Origin: Pseudomonadota bacterium
GTDB taxonomy: Bacteria; Desulfobacterota; Desulfobacteria; Desulfobacterales; RPRI01
Direction: 5' to 3'
Length of the DNA: 34,108 nt
NCBI GenBank assembly: GCA_043825875.1
Contig: JBDRRF010000053.1
Location: 1-34,108 of the forward strand
The translations under genes and the position numbers were made by a program. Position 1 is the stretch's first letter. Every line of letters starts with the position of its first letter. Positions 8,401-18,375 of the stretch are shown here, in pieces. The notes under the pieces are model-generated. The model worked only from the letters and a program-made list of their open reading frames with translations. It ran no database searches and was not told the origin of the DNA.

Positions 8401-9993
8401 ATGAGGGTATTTATGCCTGGGGCGGAAAAAATCCGGGTAACAAAAGCAGCCATGCTTGTGGGTGGAGCAACACTGCTTAGTCGTATACTTGGTTTCGTAC
8501 GAGATATTGTAATCGCATGGTTTTTTGGTGCTGGGCTATATTCAGATGCATTTCTTGTTGCTTTCAGAATACCAAACCTATTTCGGCGGCTTTTTGCCGA
8601 AGGTTCTTTGAGCATTGCTTTCATACCTGTTTTTGCAGACTATCTTGTTAAAGAAGGAAAAGAGGAAGCCAACAATCTTGCCGGATCGGCAGTGCGTCTT
8701 TTATCTGCTATCCTTATTGTTATTACAGTTTTAGGGATTATATTTTCACCTTTTGTTGTCAGGTTAATTGCACCGGGGTTTGCCGATTTCACCGAGAAAT
8801 TTGCACTTACCGTATCTCTTACCCGTATAATGTTTCCATACGTTTATTTAATATGCCTTTTGGGACTTTTTATGGGTATTTTAAATGTGCTGGGACATTT
8901 TGCAGCTCCGGCTTTTGCACCTTCCATATTAAATATTTCAATGATAACAGCTGTCTTGTTTATTTCTCCTTTTACAGGTGAACCGATAAAAGTGCTTGCC
9001 GCCGGGGTGGTTGCCGGAGGGGTTTTGCAGCTTTTGATTCAAGTCCCTTTTCTCATAAAAAATGGCATATATTTCTGGAGAAAAGTAAAAATATTTCATC
9101 CCGGCCTCAAAAAGGTCGGAATTCTTATGCTGCCTGCAATATTCGGTGGTGCCGTTTACCAGATAAATATGTTTGTCAGTACTCTACTGGCATCATTTTT
9201 GCCCGAAGGAAGTATTTCATATTTATATTATGCCGACCGTCTTGTTCAGTTTCCTCTAGGGCTTTTTGCAATTTCCGCCGCTACTGCAATATTTCCGGCT
9301 CTTTCCAGACAAGCTTCTGAAAATGATATGAATGCTCTCAAAGAAACCTTTGACTATTCTATCAGAATGGTAATGTTTATTACATTTCCCTGCATGATCG
9401 GCCTTATTGTATTAAGAGAACCCATTATAGTTCTGCTTTTTAAAAGAGGAGAATTCGATATTCAAACCGCCAAAATGACTGCTCAGGCTCTGTTATACTA
9501 TAGTATCGGATTGTGGGCCTTTGCATCAGTAAAAATTACGGTTCCGGTTTTTTATGCATTAAAAGATACAAAAACTCCGGTAATAGCAGCATTAATATCT
9601 TTTCTGGCAAATATTGCCTTAAGTCTTTTACTGATGAAACCTCTCAAGCATGGAGGACTTGCGCTGGCAAACTCGCTATCAGCGATGTTGAATATTATAC
9701 TTCTTCTCCGGGCACTTAATATTAAAATCGGATATTTGGAGTGGGGGGGCAAGTTGGTTGAGTCAGGCTTAAAGGCTTTCGCTTGTTCACTTCTTATGGG
9801 GGGAGCTGTCTGGTATATGAGCTCTTTAGTTATAACGTATGAAAATATTTCTTTCGGTGTTTTGCTATTAAGTGTATCCTGTTGTTTGTTAACCGGCATA
9901 GTTTTATATGGCTTTTTATCATATTTAGCAAAAAGTTCTGAGATTAAAAGCCTCATGGCTTTGCCCGGAAGGAGCATGAATAAAGTTGAGTAG
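8401..9993 (+). CDS. murJ: Lipid II flippase MurJ (MviN), canonical copy
   Basis: SRILGFVRD, DAF, FRIPNLFRRLFAEG and YYADRLVQFP motifs; divergent from rpsT, the common arrangement. Confidence 0.95.
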   Translation: MRVFMPGAEKIRVTKAAMLVGGATLLSRILGFVRDIVIAWFFGAGLYSDAFLVAFRIPNLFRRLFAEGSLSIAFIPVFADYLVKEGKEEANNLAGSAVRLLSAILIVITVLGIIFSPFVVRLIAPGFADFTEKFALTVSLTRIMFPYVYLICLLGLFMGILNVLGHFAAPAFAPSILNISMITAVLFISPFTGEPIKVLAAGVVAGGVLQLLIQVPFLIKNGIYFWRKVKIFHPGLKKVGILMLPAIFGGAVYQINMFVSTLLASFLPEGSISYLYYADRLVQFPLGLFAISAATAIFPALSRQASENDMNALKETFDYSIRMVMFITFPCMIGLIVLREPIIVLLFKRGEFDIQTAKMTAQALLYYSIGLWAFASVKITVPVFYALKDTKTPVIAALISFLANIALSLLLMKPLKHGGLALANSLSAMLNIILLLRALNIKIGYLEWGGKLVESGLKAFACSLLMGGAVWYMSSLVITYENISFGVLLLSVSCCLLTGIVLYGFLSYLAKSSEIKSLMALPGRSMNKVE

Positions 9994-10291
9994 AAAGCAT
10001 AAAATATTACTGGGTATAGGAATAGGGGTTATTTTTTCATTATTTTTACTGATAATTTTTGGAAACAATGCCATGCTTGAATCAAACAGGCTTAAAAAAG
10101 AGCGAGATAACATTATTGAGAGGAATAAAGAACTGGCTCTGAATAATAATTCAATGTATAATGAAATAAAACGCCTGAAGGATGACCCTGAATATATTGA
10201 AAATGTTGCAAGGCGAGAATTAGGTATGATAAAAAAAAATGAAATCATATTACAATTTAAGGATAAAAAAGAAGTCGCCATTGAAAAATAA
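9986..10291 (+). CDS. ftsB: Septum formation initiator FtsB/DivIC family
   Basis: One TM helix, a coiled coil and the signature YIENVARRELGMIKKNE. Confidence 0.85.
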   Translation: MSRKHKILLGIGIGVIFSLFLLIIFGNNAMLESNRLKKERDNIIERNKELALNNNSMYNEIKRLKDDPEYIENVARRELGMIKKNEIILQFKDKKEVAIEK

Positions 10292-10357
10292 AAACAAGAA
10301 TTTCCTATATGGAAGATATCAACTTACATATAATAATAATTTTGAAAGAAGATAATA

Positions 10358-10639
10358 ATGGCTGATGATAATACTTTTAATACTGTTACTATGGCCGGCA
10401 TATATGCCAAACAAGGCTTGTACGATAAAGCAGCCGAAATTTATAATAAATTATTGGAACAGAACCCGGATAGAGATGATCTTGTTGAGGCCCTTTCCGA
10501 ACTCGATAACATGAGGGCAGAGGTTAATATAGATTTCAAAAAACGACTTATTCCGTTATTTCGAGAATGGTTTGACCTCATGTTATGCAATAACAGAATA
10601 AAATTATTAGAAAGGCTCAAGAATAGCCGAAAATTTTAA
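10358..10639 (+). CDS. Small TPR-containing protein
   Basis: TMAGIYAKQGLYDKAAEIYNKLLEQNP is a TPR-like repeat. Confidence 0.75.
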   Translation: MADDNTFNTVTMAGIYAKQGLYDKAAEIYNKLLEQNPDRDDLVEALSELDNMRAEVNIDFKKRLIPLFREWFDLMLCNNRIKLLERLKNSRKF

Positions 10640-10645
10640 AATATT

Positions 10646-10810
10646 GAGCCACTTTCAAAACGTTTCAGTTTGGTCAAGCTCAAGGCGGGCGAAAACTTCA
10701 ACCAAAGGAATACATTTAGTATTTCGAGGATAGCGCTAAAGCTTCACTTCGTGCGAAATTTGAGCCCAACGCTTAAGATCGGCCGAAATGGGGCGTTTTG
10801 AAACTGGCTC
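10646..10810 (+). mobile_element. MITE-like repeat, copy 2 (165 bp)
   Basis: Same length as copy 1 with 8 substitutions by manual alignment and identical outer 17-bp termini. The flanks TATT/TAAT are not a perfect duplication. Confidence 0.9.
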
Positions 10811-10854
10811 TAATAAGTGACGCTTCCAGTAATATAGCTGCATAAGGATTTTAT

Positions 10855-11442
10855 ATGGAGTGTGATTCTAACGAAATAAGCAATCAATCATTTTTTCTTA
10901 AAGGGCAATTTCTTTTTGCTATGCCTGATATGGCAGACCCGAATTTTTCTAAAACGGTAACATGTATTTCCGAACATACAAAGGAAGGTGCTTTAGGTAT
11001 AGTAATAAACAGAATAAGTTCTTCTATTACCGCAAAAGATGTTTTTGATGAGCTTAAAATAGAATACAATACAGGTGCGGAACTAATACCTGTTTATATT
11101 GGCGGTCCGGTTAATACGGGTGAGATTTTTATTCTTCACAATCAGCCTTTTGAGTCGGAAAGCTGTTTTATGATCACACAGTTTCTTGGTATGAGCAATA
11201 CTATGGATATGCTTACTGCTATTGCAAATGGTAAAGGGCCCGAGTCTTATATTATTGCTCTCGGATGTGCCGGATGGGGCCCCGGACAACTCGAATATGA
11301 AATAAAGGAAAATGCATGGCTGACCTGTAGTGTTTTTGAGGATATTCTTTTCAATACAGAAGCCGAAGCCAGGTGGGATAAGACAGCAGAAAAAATGGGA
11401 ATAAATCCTGCGCTGCTTTCAGTTACGGCAGGTCATGCTTGA
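10855..11442 (+). CDS. YqgE/AlgH family protein (UPF0301)
   Basis: AMPDMADPNF, GALGIVINR, GGPV, LGCAGWGPGQLE and terminal AGHA. Confidence 0.92.
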   Translation: MECDSNEISNQSFFLKGQFLFAMPDMADPNFSKTVTCISEHTKEGALGIVINRISSSITAKDVFDELKIEYNTGAELIPVYIGGPVNTGEIFILHNQPFESESCFMITQFLGMSNTMDMLTAIANGKGPESYIIALGCAGWGPGQLEYEIKENAWLTCSVFEDILFNTEAEARWDKTAEKMGINPALLSVTAGHA

Positions 11443-11506
11443 TTTGGTGTAATTTGTAAAGCTCAAAATAACCTATCAAAACATAGCAGGAAAAAGGATA
11501 AATTAA

Positions 11507-12040
11507 ATGAAAAAAAATATTTTTGTACTACTTGCGTTTATCATTGCTACTTGGATTTTGTTGCCGATAGTGTTTGTTGAGAATGCATCAGCCCAAGGAC
11601 CAAGTGTTGATGTGCATATTTCTCTTCCTCCTCCTCCGCGTATATTTATAAAACCACCTGAAATACTTGTAATCCCAGGGTCACCTGTTGTTGTTGCTCC
11701 CCATCCTGAAGTAGATATTTTCTTTTATGGTGATTACTGGTGGTCTCCCCGCGGAGATCGCTGGTACCGTTCAAACAAGTACGATGGCCCGTGGAAAGAA
11801 ATGAAACACCGCTATGTTCCTGAACATGTACGCGGCGTTCCAAGAAATTATCGCTCAGTCTATAAGCATGAACATCGTATGCCATACGGACAGTGGAAAA
11901 AGCAAAGAAAGCATTTGGAAAAAACGAAATACAAAAAAAGCAAAGAAACTAAATATAAAGAACGAAAAAATAAAACAAGAGAAGAAAGACCGGAAGATAG
12001 AAGAGAAGATGGGCATGGCCATGGGCACGGCAAGAAATAG
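11507..12040 (+). CDS. Secreted Pro/aromatic-rich hypothetical protein with basic low-complexity tail
   Basis: Signal peptide ending ASA; PPPP; DIFFYGDYWW...WYRS...GPW motif; C-terminal GHGHGHGKK; AGGA RBS. Confidence 0.75.
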   Translation: MKKNIFVLLAFIIATWILLPIVFVENASAQGPSVDVHISLPPPPRIFIKPPEILVIPGSPVVVAPHPEVDIFFYGDYWWSPRGDRWYRSNKYDGPWKEMKHRYVPEHVRGVPRNYRSVYKHEHRMPYGQWKKQRKHLEKTKYKKSKETKYKERKNKTREERPEDRREDGHGHGHGKK

Positions 12041-12064
12041 AATTAACCCGAATATATAAAGCAT

Positions 12065-13681
12065 ATGCCGCTTTCCGATTCTAATATATCCGGGAAAAGT
12101 TTTAAAAAAAACAATTCGATTGACTCCGGCTCAAAACGCTATTCATTTTTTGTTGCAGCCGGGATTTTTATCAGCCGGATTGCCGGACTTATCCGCGATC
12201 GCATATTTGCGCATTACTTTGGCAATTCTGATGCTGCGGATGCCTTCAAAGCAGCTTTCCGCATTCCCAATTTTCTTCAAAACCTGTTTGGGGAAGGGGT
12301 GCTTTCAGCTTCTTTCATTCCGGTTTATGCAGGATTGCTGGCACGTGGGGATGATGAAGAGGCAAAACGCACAGCCGGAGCTATTGTAGCCCTTTTAGCG
12401 CTGACAATTTCAATTCTGGTTCTGGCCGGAGTTTTAACAACACCGTATTTGATCGATTTAATAGCGCCGGGTTTTTCCGGCGCTAAGCGGGAACTGACCA
12501 TTCGCCTGGTACGTATTCTATTTCCAGGCGCAGGCCTTCTGGTTTTATCTGCATGGTGTTTGGGAATCCTAAACAGTCATCGCCGTTTTTTCCTTTCCTA
12601 TACTGCTCCGGTTATCTGGAATGCAACGTTAATTGCGGCTTTGCTTTATTATGGCAGCCGATATTCACAATATCCGCTTGCTCAAATTCTGGCATGGGGA
12701 TCAGTGCTTGGAAGTGGTTTGCAGGTGTGCGTGCAGCTGCCTGTCGTACTAAAGCTGCTTCGCGGGCTGCGCCTTTCTCTTAATTATCATGCAAAAAATG
12801 TAAAAACCGTTGTGCTTAATTTCTTTCCTGTTTTTTTTGGGCGGGGTGTTGTGCAGATCAGTGCATATGTTGATGCTCTTTTAGCAAGCCTGCTTCCCAC
12901 AGGTGCAGTTGCAGCGCTTACCTATGCTCAAACAATATATACACTTCCGGTGAGCCTCTTCGGAATGGCGGTTTCAGCTGCAGAACTGCCGTTGATGTCA
13001 GGCGCAACAGGTAGCGAAAAAGAGGTTGCGGATATTTTGCGGGCAAGGCTTGATTCAGGTCTTCGCCAGATAGCCTTTTTTGTTTTACCTTCCGCGGTTG
13101 CTTTTTTATTGATAGGTGATGTAATTGTGGCTGCCATCTATCAGACCGGTCAATTTGTCAGAGCTGATGTAATTTATGTTTGGGGAATTCTTGCGGGTGC
13201 GGCTTTAGGCTTGCCGGCTTCAACTTTTGGACGGCTTTATTCCTCAACCTATTATGCGCTGCGCGACACCAAAACGCCGCTGCGCTATGCAATTTTGCAC
13301 GTTGTTATAGCCACAGTTTTAGGCTATTTATGCGCAGTTCCGCTGCCGCCAGCTATTGGTATTGAACCGCGTTGGGGTGTTGTTGGGCTTACTGTTTCTG
13401 CCGGGATAGCTGCCTGGGTTGAATTTGTACTTTTGCGCCGAAGTCTTAACCGCCGTATAGGTCGCACCGGTTTTAAAGTGTCCTATATTATAAAACTATT
13501 TACTGCAGCACTTGTGGCTGCAGCAACTGGTTGGTGGCTCCGTAATTACTTCTCACACTTTTCTCCTATTATACTTGCTGTTATAGTTATACTCCCCTTT
13601 GTAATAGTCTATTTTACAATGTCTTTGGCTTTCGGTCTGGCTGATGCTCGCACATTTATAAAGCGTTTCTTTAAGGTGTAA
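12065..13681 (+). CDS. murJ: Second, divergent MurJ/MviN-family flippase
   Basis: SRIAGLIRD, DAADAF, FRIPNFLQNLFGEG and YYALRDTKTP motifs; many TM helices. Confidence 0.88.
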   Translation: MPLSDSNISGKSFKKNNSIDSGSKRYSFFVAAGIFISRIAGLIRDRIFAHYFGNSDAADAFKAAFRIPNFLQNLFGEGVLSASFIPVYAGLLARGDDEEAKRTAGAIVALLALTISILVLAGVLTTPYLIDLIAPGFSGAKRELTIRLVRILFPGAGLLVLSAWCLGILNSHRRFFLSYTAPVIWNATLIAALLYYGSRYSQYPLAQILAWGSVLGSGLQVCVQLPVVLKLLRGLRLSLNYHAKNVKTVVLNFFPVFFGRGVVQISAYVDALLASLLPTGAVAALTYAQTIYTLPVSLFGMAVSAAELPLMSGATGSEKEVADILRARLDSGLRQIAFFVLPSAVAFLLIGDVIVAAIYQTGQFVRADVIYVWGILAGAALGLPASTFGRLYSSTYYALRDTKTPLRYAILHVVIATVLGYLCAVPLPPAIGIEPRWGVVGLTVSAGIAAWVEFVLLRRSLNRRIGRTGFKVSYIIKLFTAALVAAATGWWLRNYFSHFSPIILAVIVILPFVIVYFTMSLAFGLADARTFIKRFFKV

Positions 13682-13755
13682 GGGTATTTTTAGTTTTTTA
13701 GTGCGTATGCAAATCGTAGAATTTATATCAGTACTGTATAAATAGCGGGAAAAAA

Positions 13756-15675
13756 TCAGGAAAGAGGTGTGCCGGGTTTTACTTTCTTATCGAGAGTTGC
13801 AAGCGTGCAGCCGTTTTCATCAATTGCGGCAAGCAGCATGCCGTTTGAAACTATCCCCATTATCTTTGCGGGTTTTAAATTTGCAACTACTATGACCTGC
13901 TTTCCGATCAATTCTTCCGGGCTGTAGCTTAAGGCAATGCCTGATATAATGGTTCGGGTATTGCCAAGATCTATTTCGAGTTTAAGAACTTTTTTTGCAC
14001 CTTTAATTTTTTCTGCTTTTACTATGGTTGCGACCCTTAAATCAATTTTTGAAAGCAGATCTATGGTTATTTCAGGTTTTATTTCCAAAACAGCAAGCTC
14101 TGCCTTTGCTTCGGTTACAGCCGTGTCCTCTTTTTTCTTATCGATTCTTGGGAAAAGGGTAATTGCTTTTGGTATACTTGTTCCAGGTGATAGTACTTTC
14201 CATGATTTAAGATGATTTAAATCATAAAATTTACTGTCCGGGTTCTGGCCCAGATGGTGCTGCATGGTTTTTGCCGTATCAGGCATTACAGGATAAATAA
14301 GCCCTGATACAATTCTTAATCCTTCAAGAAGATTATATATGACAAATTCGAGCTGTTTTTTCTCGGATTTCTTTTTTGCAAGCTCCCAGGGTGCAGTAGT
14401 ATCAACATATTTGTTCATTTGACTTATAAATTCCCAAACCGACATTAAAGCCTTATGGAATGAAAAACTTTCCATATCTTTTTCATATTCTTTTAAAGCA
14501 CAAGCCGCATCAAACTTAAGACCGCCTTGCATTTCTTCCTCGGTTTCGGAACTAATTTCGGGTATAACACCACCAAAATATTTGTGAACCATTGTGATTA
14601 CCCTTGAAAACAGATTTCCTATATCATTTGCTAAATCAGAGTTGATACGAGAAACCAGGGCTTCCTCATTGAAACCGGAATCAAGGCCGAAAACCATTTC
14701 TCTTATAAGAAAATATCTGAAAGCATCCAGACCATATGTGTTTTTAAGCGAAAGTGGTTCAATAACATTTCCTATGCTTTTTGACATCTTACTCTGATCA
14801 ACATTCCAGTAACCATGGACATTAAGATGCTTATATAATGGAATCCCTGCGGCTTTAAGCATTATTGGCCAGTATATTCCGTGAGGTTTTAAAATGTCCT
14901 TTGCAATAATATGCTGGGCATTGGGCCAGTACTTATTAAATTGCTCGCCATCTGGGTAACCCAGTGCAGTAATATAGTTAAGAAGGGCATCAAACCAAAC
15001 ATAAGTTACATAATTATCATCAAATGGAAGAGAAATTCCCCATTCAAGACGTGTTTTGGGGCGGGAAATGCAAAGATCTTCAAGGGGCTCTTTTAAAAAA
15101 GACAAAACTTCATTTTTATATCTTTCGGGTCGTATAAAATCCGGGTTTTGTTTTATATGGTCTATAAGCCAGTCCTGATATCGGCTCATTTTAAAAAAAT
15201 AATTTGATTCCTTAATCGATTCCGGCTCAGTTTCATGATCAGGACATTTCCCGTTAACAAGTTCTCTTTCCGTATAAAAACGTTCGCACCCGAAACAGTA
15301 CAAACCTTCATATTCGGAAAAATAAATATCGCCCGAATCATTAATTTTCTGAAGCACCTGCTTAACTGTTTTAATATGTGAAGGGTCAGTTGTACGAATA
15401 AAATAGTTATTATTTACATTCAGTTCAGGCAGCAGATTTTTAAAAAGCCCGCTTATTTTATCTGCATATTCTTTAGGCTTTAAATCCTCCTTCTCTGCTG
15501 CACGAACAACTTTATCGCCATGTTCGTCTGTTCCTGTGAGAAAGAAAGTATCTTTGCCAAGCATTGAATTGTATCTGCACACAACATCTGCAATAATTGA
15601 AGTATAAGCATGCCCAAGATGAGGTTTTGCATTAACGTAATAAATCGGTGTTGTAATATAAAATGTATTATTCAT
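13756..15675 (-). CDS. metG: Methionine--tRNA ligase with C-terminal tRNA-binding (Trbp111/EMAP-like) domain
   Basis: TTPIYYVN, HLGH, GTDEHG, YVWFDAL, KMSKS and C-terminal VVANLKPAK. Confidence 0.98.
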   Translation of the reverse strand: MNNTFYITTPIYYVNAKPHLGHAYTSIIADVVCRYNSMLGKDTFFLTGTDEHGDKVVRAAEKEDLKPKEYADKISGLFKNLLPELNVNNNYFIRTTDPSHIKTVKQVLQKINDSGDIYFSEYEGLYCFGCERFYTERELVNGKCPDHETEPESIKESNYFFKMSRYQDWLIDHIKQNPDFIRPERYKNEVLSFLKEPLEDLCISRPKTRLEWGISLPFDDNYVTYVWFDALLNYITALGYPDGEQFNKYWPNAQHIIAKDILKPHGIYWPIMLKAAGIPLYKHLNVHGYWNVDQSKMSKSIGNVIEPLSLKNTYGLDAFRYFLIREMVFGLDSGFNEEALVSRINSDLANDIGNLFSRVITMVHKYFGGVIPEISSETEEEMQGGLKFDAACALKEYEKDMESFSFHKALMSVWEFISQMNKYVDTTAPWELAKKKSEKKQLEFVIYNLLEGLRIVSGLIYPVMPDTAKTMQHHLGQNPDSKFYDLNHLKSWKVLSPGTSIPKAITLFPRIDKKKEDTAVTEAKAELAVLEIKPEITIDLLSKIDLRVATIVKAEKIKGAKKVLKLEIDLGNTRTIISGIALSYSPEELIGKQVIVVANLKPAKIMGIVSNGMLLAAIDENGCTLATLDKKVKPGTPLS

Positions 15676-16403
15676 CTGGTTTCCTCATCTTTTTCAAGAA
15701 CTTCTTCCGGACTTTTTTTAATGTCTTTGCTTTTCTCATTCTCACAATTCTTATCTGTCTGGGAAAAATCGGTAGGCATTCCGTGTTCAAACGTCAGACA
15801 GCACATAAGTCTGCCGCACTGACCGGATATTTTGGTTGGATTTAAAGAAAGGCTTTGATCTTTTGCCATTTTTATTGAGACAGGTCCGAATTTATCCATG
15901 AAAAGAGAGCAGCAGATTTCACGTCCGCACCTTCCTAATCCACCGCTCATCTTGGCCTGGTTCCGGATTCCGACCTGACGCATTTCAATTCTTACTTCAA
16001 GATTCTTGACAAGCATTTTTACAAGCTGCCTGAAATCAACCCGGCCTTCAGCGGTAAAGTAAAAAGTAAGCTTGCTTGTATCAAATGAACTTTCAACTGA
16101 GAAAAGGTTCATTTTAAGATCAAGTTCTTTGACGCATTTCAAACAGAACGCGTGGGCTTTTTGTTCAATTTCCTGATTTTTTTCTTTTTGCTGGTAATCC
16201 TTTTCATTCGTAAGACGAATCACCTTACTAAGCTGCCTTTCAGGAGGCTTATCCAGAGTAGCAGGAGTAGTCGCCACTGTTCCAAAACTCAAACCCTGTT
16301 CAGTTTCAACAATCACATGGTTTCCAATATTAAGTACAAAACCGCCGCATTCAAAGTCGTATACTTTTCCGGCAGGCTTGAATCTGATGCCTACAACTTT
16401 CAT
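15672..16403 (-). CDS. PSP1 domain protein (YaaT/RicT-like)
   Basis: GRVDFRQLVK, RIEMRQVG, CGREICC and KISGQCGRLMCCL motifs; lies between holB and metG. The start could instead be the TTG at 16418. Confidence 0.9.
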   Translation of the reverse strand: MKVVGIRFKPAGKVYDFECGGFVLNIGNHVIVETEQGLSFGTVATTPATLDKPPERQLSKVIRLTNEKDYQQKEKNQEIEQKAHAFCLKCVKELDLKMNLFSVESSFDTSKLTFYFTAEGRVDFRQLVKMLVKNLEVRIEMRQVGIRNQAKMSGGLGRCGREICCSLFMDKFGPVSIKMAKDQSLSLNPTKISGQCGRLMCCLTFEHGMPTDFSQTDKNCENEKSKDIKKSPEEVLEKDEETR

Positions 16404-16460
16404 ATATATAAAGTCCAAACAAAAGGACTATTTCCCCCATATAAAAAAGCAAAAACGCTA

Positions 16461-17495
16461 TTATAAAGTTTGCGCAACCTGTAATAAAAGAGTTTCTGCT
16501 GTGAGTCTTAAATTTGCATTTGCCCTAATATTTTTACGGGACAATTCAATTGCATCAAGTCTTGAAAAAATACCAGCGTTTGTATGCCGGCCTGATGCAT
16601 TTTGTATTTTATCCAAAAGATCAAAAAAAATTATTTTTTCAGGGTGATATTTACAAACAATAATATCTCTGTACCATATTTTTAAAATATCAAGATATTT
16701 TAAAAATTCTTCTTTATCTTTGGCCAGTTTTTCAGCAAAAAACATAGATTTGCCGATTTCTTTTAAAGATAAGGATTCAATTTCATTTATTATCCACTCT
16801 CTTTTCTTAAGTTCTGCAACACTTCCAATATCAAGTGCTCTCTTAAAACTCCCATTAGCCATAGCTGCGAATATGGCGGCACTATCGGGTGTTATACCAT
16901 TTGCTTCAACCAGCATTTGTGCAATCCTCTTTTCGGAAACAGGATTAAATCTTATAAGCTGGCATCTTGAAGCAATGGTAGGAATAACATCCGATTGTTC
17001 GGTTGCAGTCAGTATCAGAACAGTACTTTCGGGCGGTTCTTCCAGAACTTTTAAGATAGCATTTCCTGCTGCTGAATTCATTGCCTGAACATCCGATATT
17101 ATAGCTACACGGATCTTTGCTTCATAGGGCTTCAGAGCAAGAATATCACACAGATCACGAACCTGGGCAATCTTGATGAAAGAACCGGAAGGTTTTATCT
17201 CGATAATATCAGGGTGACTTTTTGACAGAATTTTCCTGCAAGATACGCAAACACCACACGGAATTTTGTTTATAAGATTATTTAAAACGTCGTCTTCATC
17301 TAAACGTAAATCTGGTGTGTTGGCACTGTTTGCAATGCAATTGCATGCCATCGCAAATCTTATTGCAGCTGCCTGTTTCCCTACACCCTCCATACCCAGA
17401 AAAAGGAGCGCATGCGGGATGGCGCCTTTTCTGAGCAAAGTATTTAAAATTATAGAAGGTGCTTTTTGATCAGCAATAAATTCAAGATCAGGCAC
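16461..17495 (-). CDS. holB: DNA polymerase III delta' subunit
   Basis: HALLFLGMEGVGK, CGVCVSC Zn motif, HPD, LKVLEEPP and SRC. Confidence 0.93.
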   Translation of the reverse strand: MPDLEFIADQKAPSIILNTLLRKGAIPHALLFLGMEGVGKQAAAIRFAMACNCIANSANTPDLRLDEDDVLNNLINKIPCGVCVSCRKILSKSHPDIIEIKPSGSFIKIAQVRDLCDILALKPYEAKIRVAIISDVQAMNSAAGNAILKVLEEPPESTVLILTATEQSDVIPTIASRCQLIRFNPVSEKRIAQMLVEANGITPDSAAIFAAMANGSFKRALDIGSVAELKKREWIINEIESLSLKEIGKSMFFAEKLAKDKEEFLKYLDILKIWYRDIIVCKYHPEKIIFFDLLDKIQNASGRHTNAGIFSRLDAIELSRKNIRANANLRLTAETLLLQVAQTL

Positions 17496-17773
17496 TATTT
17501 AACATCTACCCGTTCCTTCAGCTCTTTGCCTGATTTGAAAAATGGAAGCTTTTTAGGCTTTATAACAACCTTCTCGCCGGTCTTGGGGTTTCTGCCTGCA
17601 TAGCTTTTGTAATTTTTTACATAAAAACTACATAAACCCCTGATTTCAATACGGTCTCCCTTGGCCATGGCATCTGCCATCGAATCAAAAAATATCTGAA
17701 CAACCCTAGCTGCTTCTGCTTTTGAAATGTTTGCTTTATCCTTGATGGCCGAAATTAACTCCAGTTTATTCAT
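17495..17773 (-). CDS. ihfB: Integration host factor beta / HU family protein
   Basis: GDRIEIRGLCSF, GRNPKTGE and PFFKSGKELKERVD; GGAGG RBS. Confidence 0.9.
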   Translation of the reverse strand: MNKLELISAIKDKANISKAEAARVVQIFFDSMADAMAKGDRIEIRGLCSFYVKNYKSYAGRNPKTGEKVVIKPKKLPFFKSGKELKERVDVK

Positions 17774-17862
17774 ATTCCCTCCTTGAAAAATATCTTAAAA
17801 CAAATACCAATATTTTATACTTTAAATATATGTTTATAATAAGTCAAGCACTTATGATAATT

Positions 17863-18375
17863 TTATGTCAAAATCTCAATATCCTCTTCATCTACCTCCA
17901 CAGAAGCAAATTGCCCAAGCGCTTCAATATTGACCACCACACGCCCTGTTTTCCCATGCCTGTCAAAGGTTCCTGTAACACCTTCAAAAGGACCTCTTAT
18001 TACAAATACTTTATCTCCTTTTTGAAGTTTTGTTCCTGTAAGTATTTTCCCATCTCCGGCCGTCATTATTTTTAACGATTCTATTGTTGCATCAGGAACC
18101 GAAACCGGACCACTGCGGCTTCCGACCATACGTACTACTCCAACGGTTTTGACGATTTCAATTTGTCTTTCCGGACTAAGGTCGGATTTTACAAAAAGAT
18201 ATCCGGGGAAAAGTGGTATTTTTATCATAGCTTTTCTGTCAACCCTGCGGCTCCTTACCAGAACTTTGGGCAAAAAAGAATCCACGGATTTTTTTGTTAG
18301 CCCTTCAAGGACTACGTTTTCAAACCTGCTTTTGGTATGAATAACATACCATGATGGTTTTAATATTATCGTCAT
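17863..18375 (-). CDS. Specialised NusG paralog (UpxY/RfaH/LoaP-type antiterminator)
   Basis: WYVIHTKSRFE, PLFPGYLF and KOW motif GDKVFVIRGPFEG. Confidence 0.88.
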   Translation of the reverse strand: MTIILKPSWYVIHTKSRFENVVLEGLTKKSVDSFLPKVLVRSRRVDRKAMIKIPLFPGYLFVKSDLSPERQIEIVKTVGVVRMVGSRSGPVSVPDATIESLKIMTAGDGKILTGTKLQKGDKVFVIRGPFEGVTGTFDRHGKTGRVVVNIEALGQFASVEVDEEDIEILT

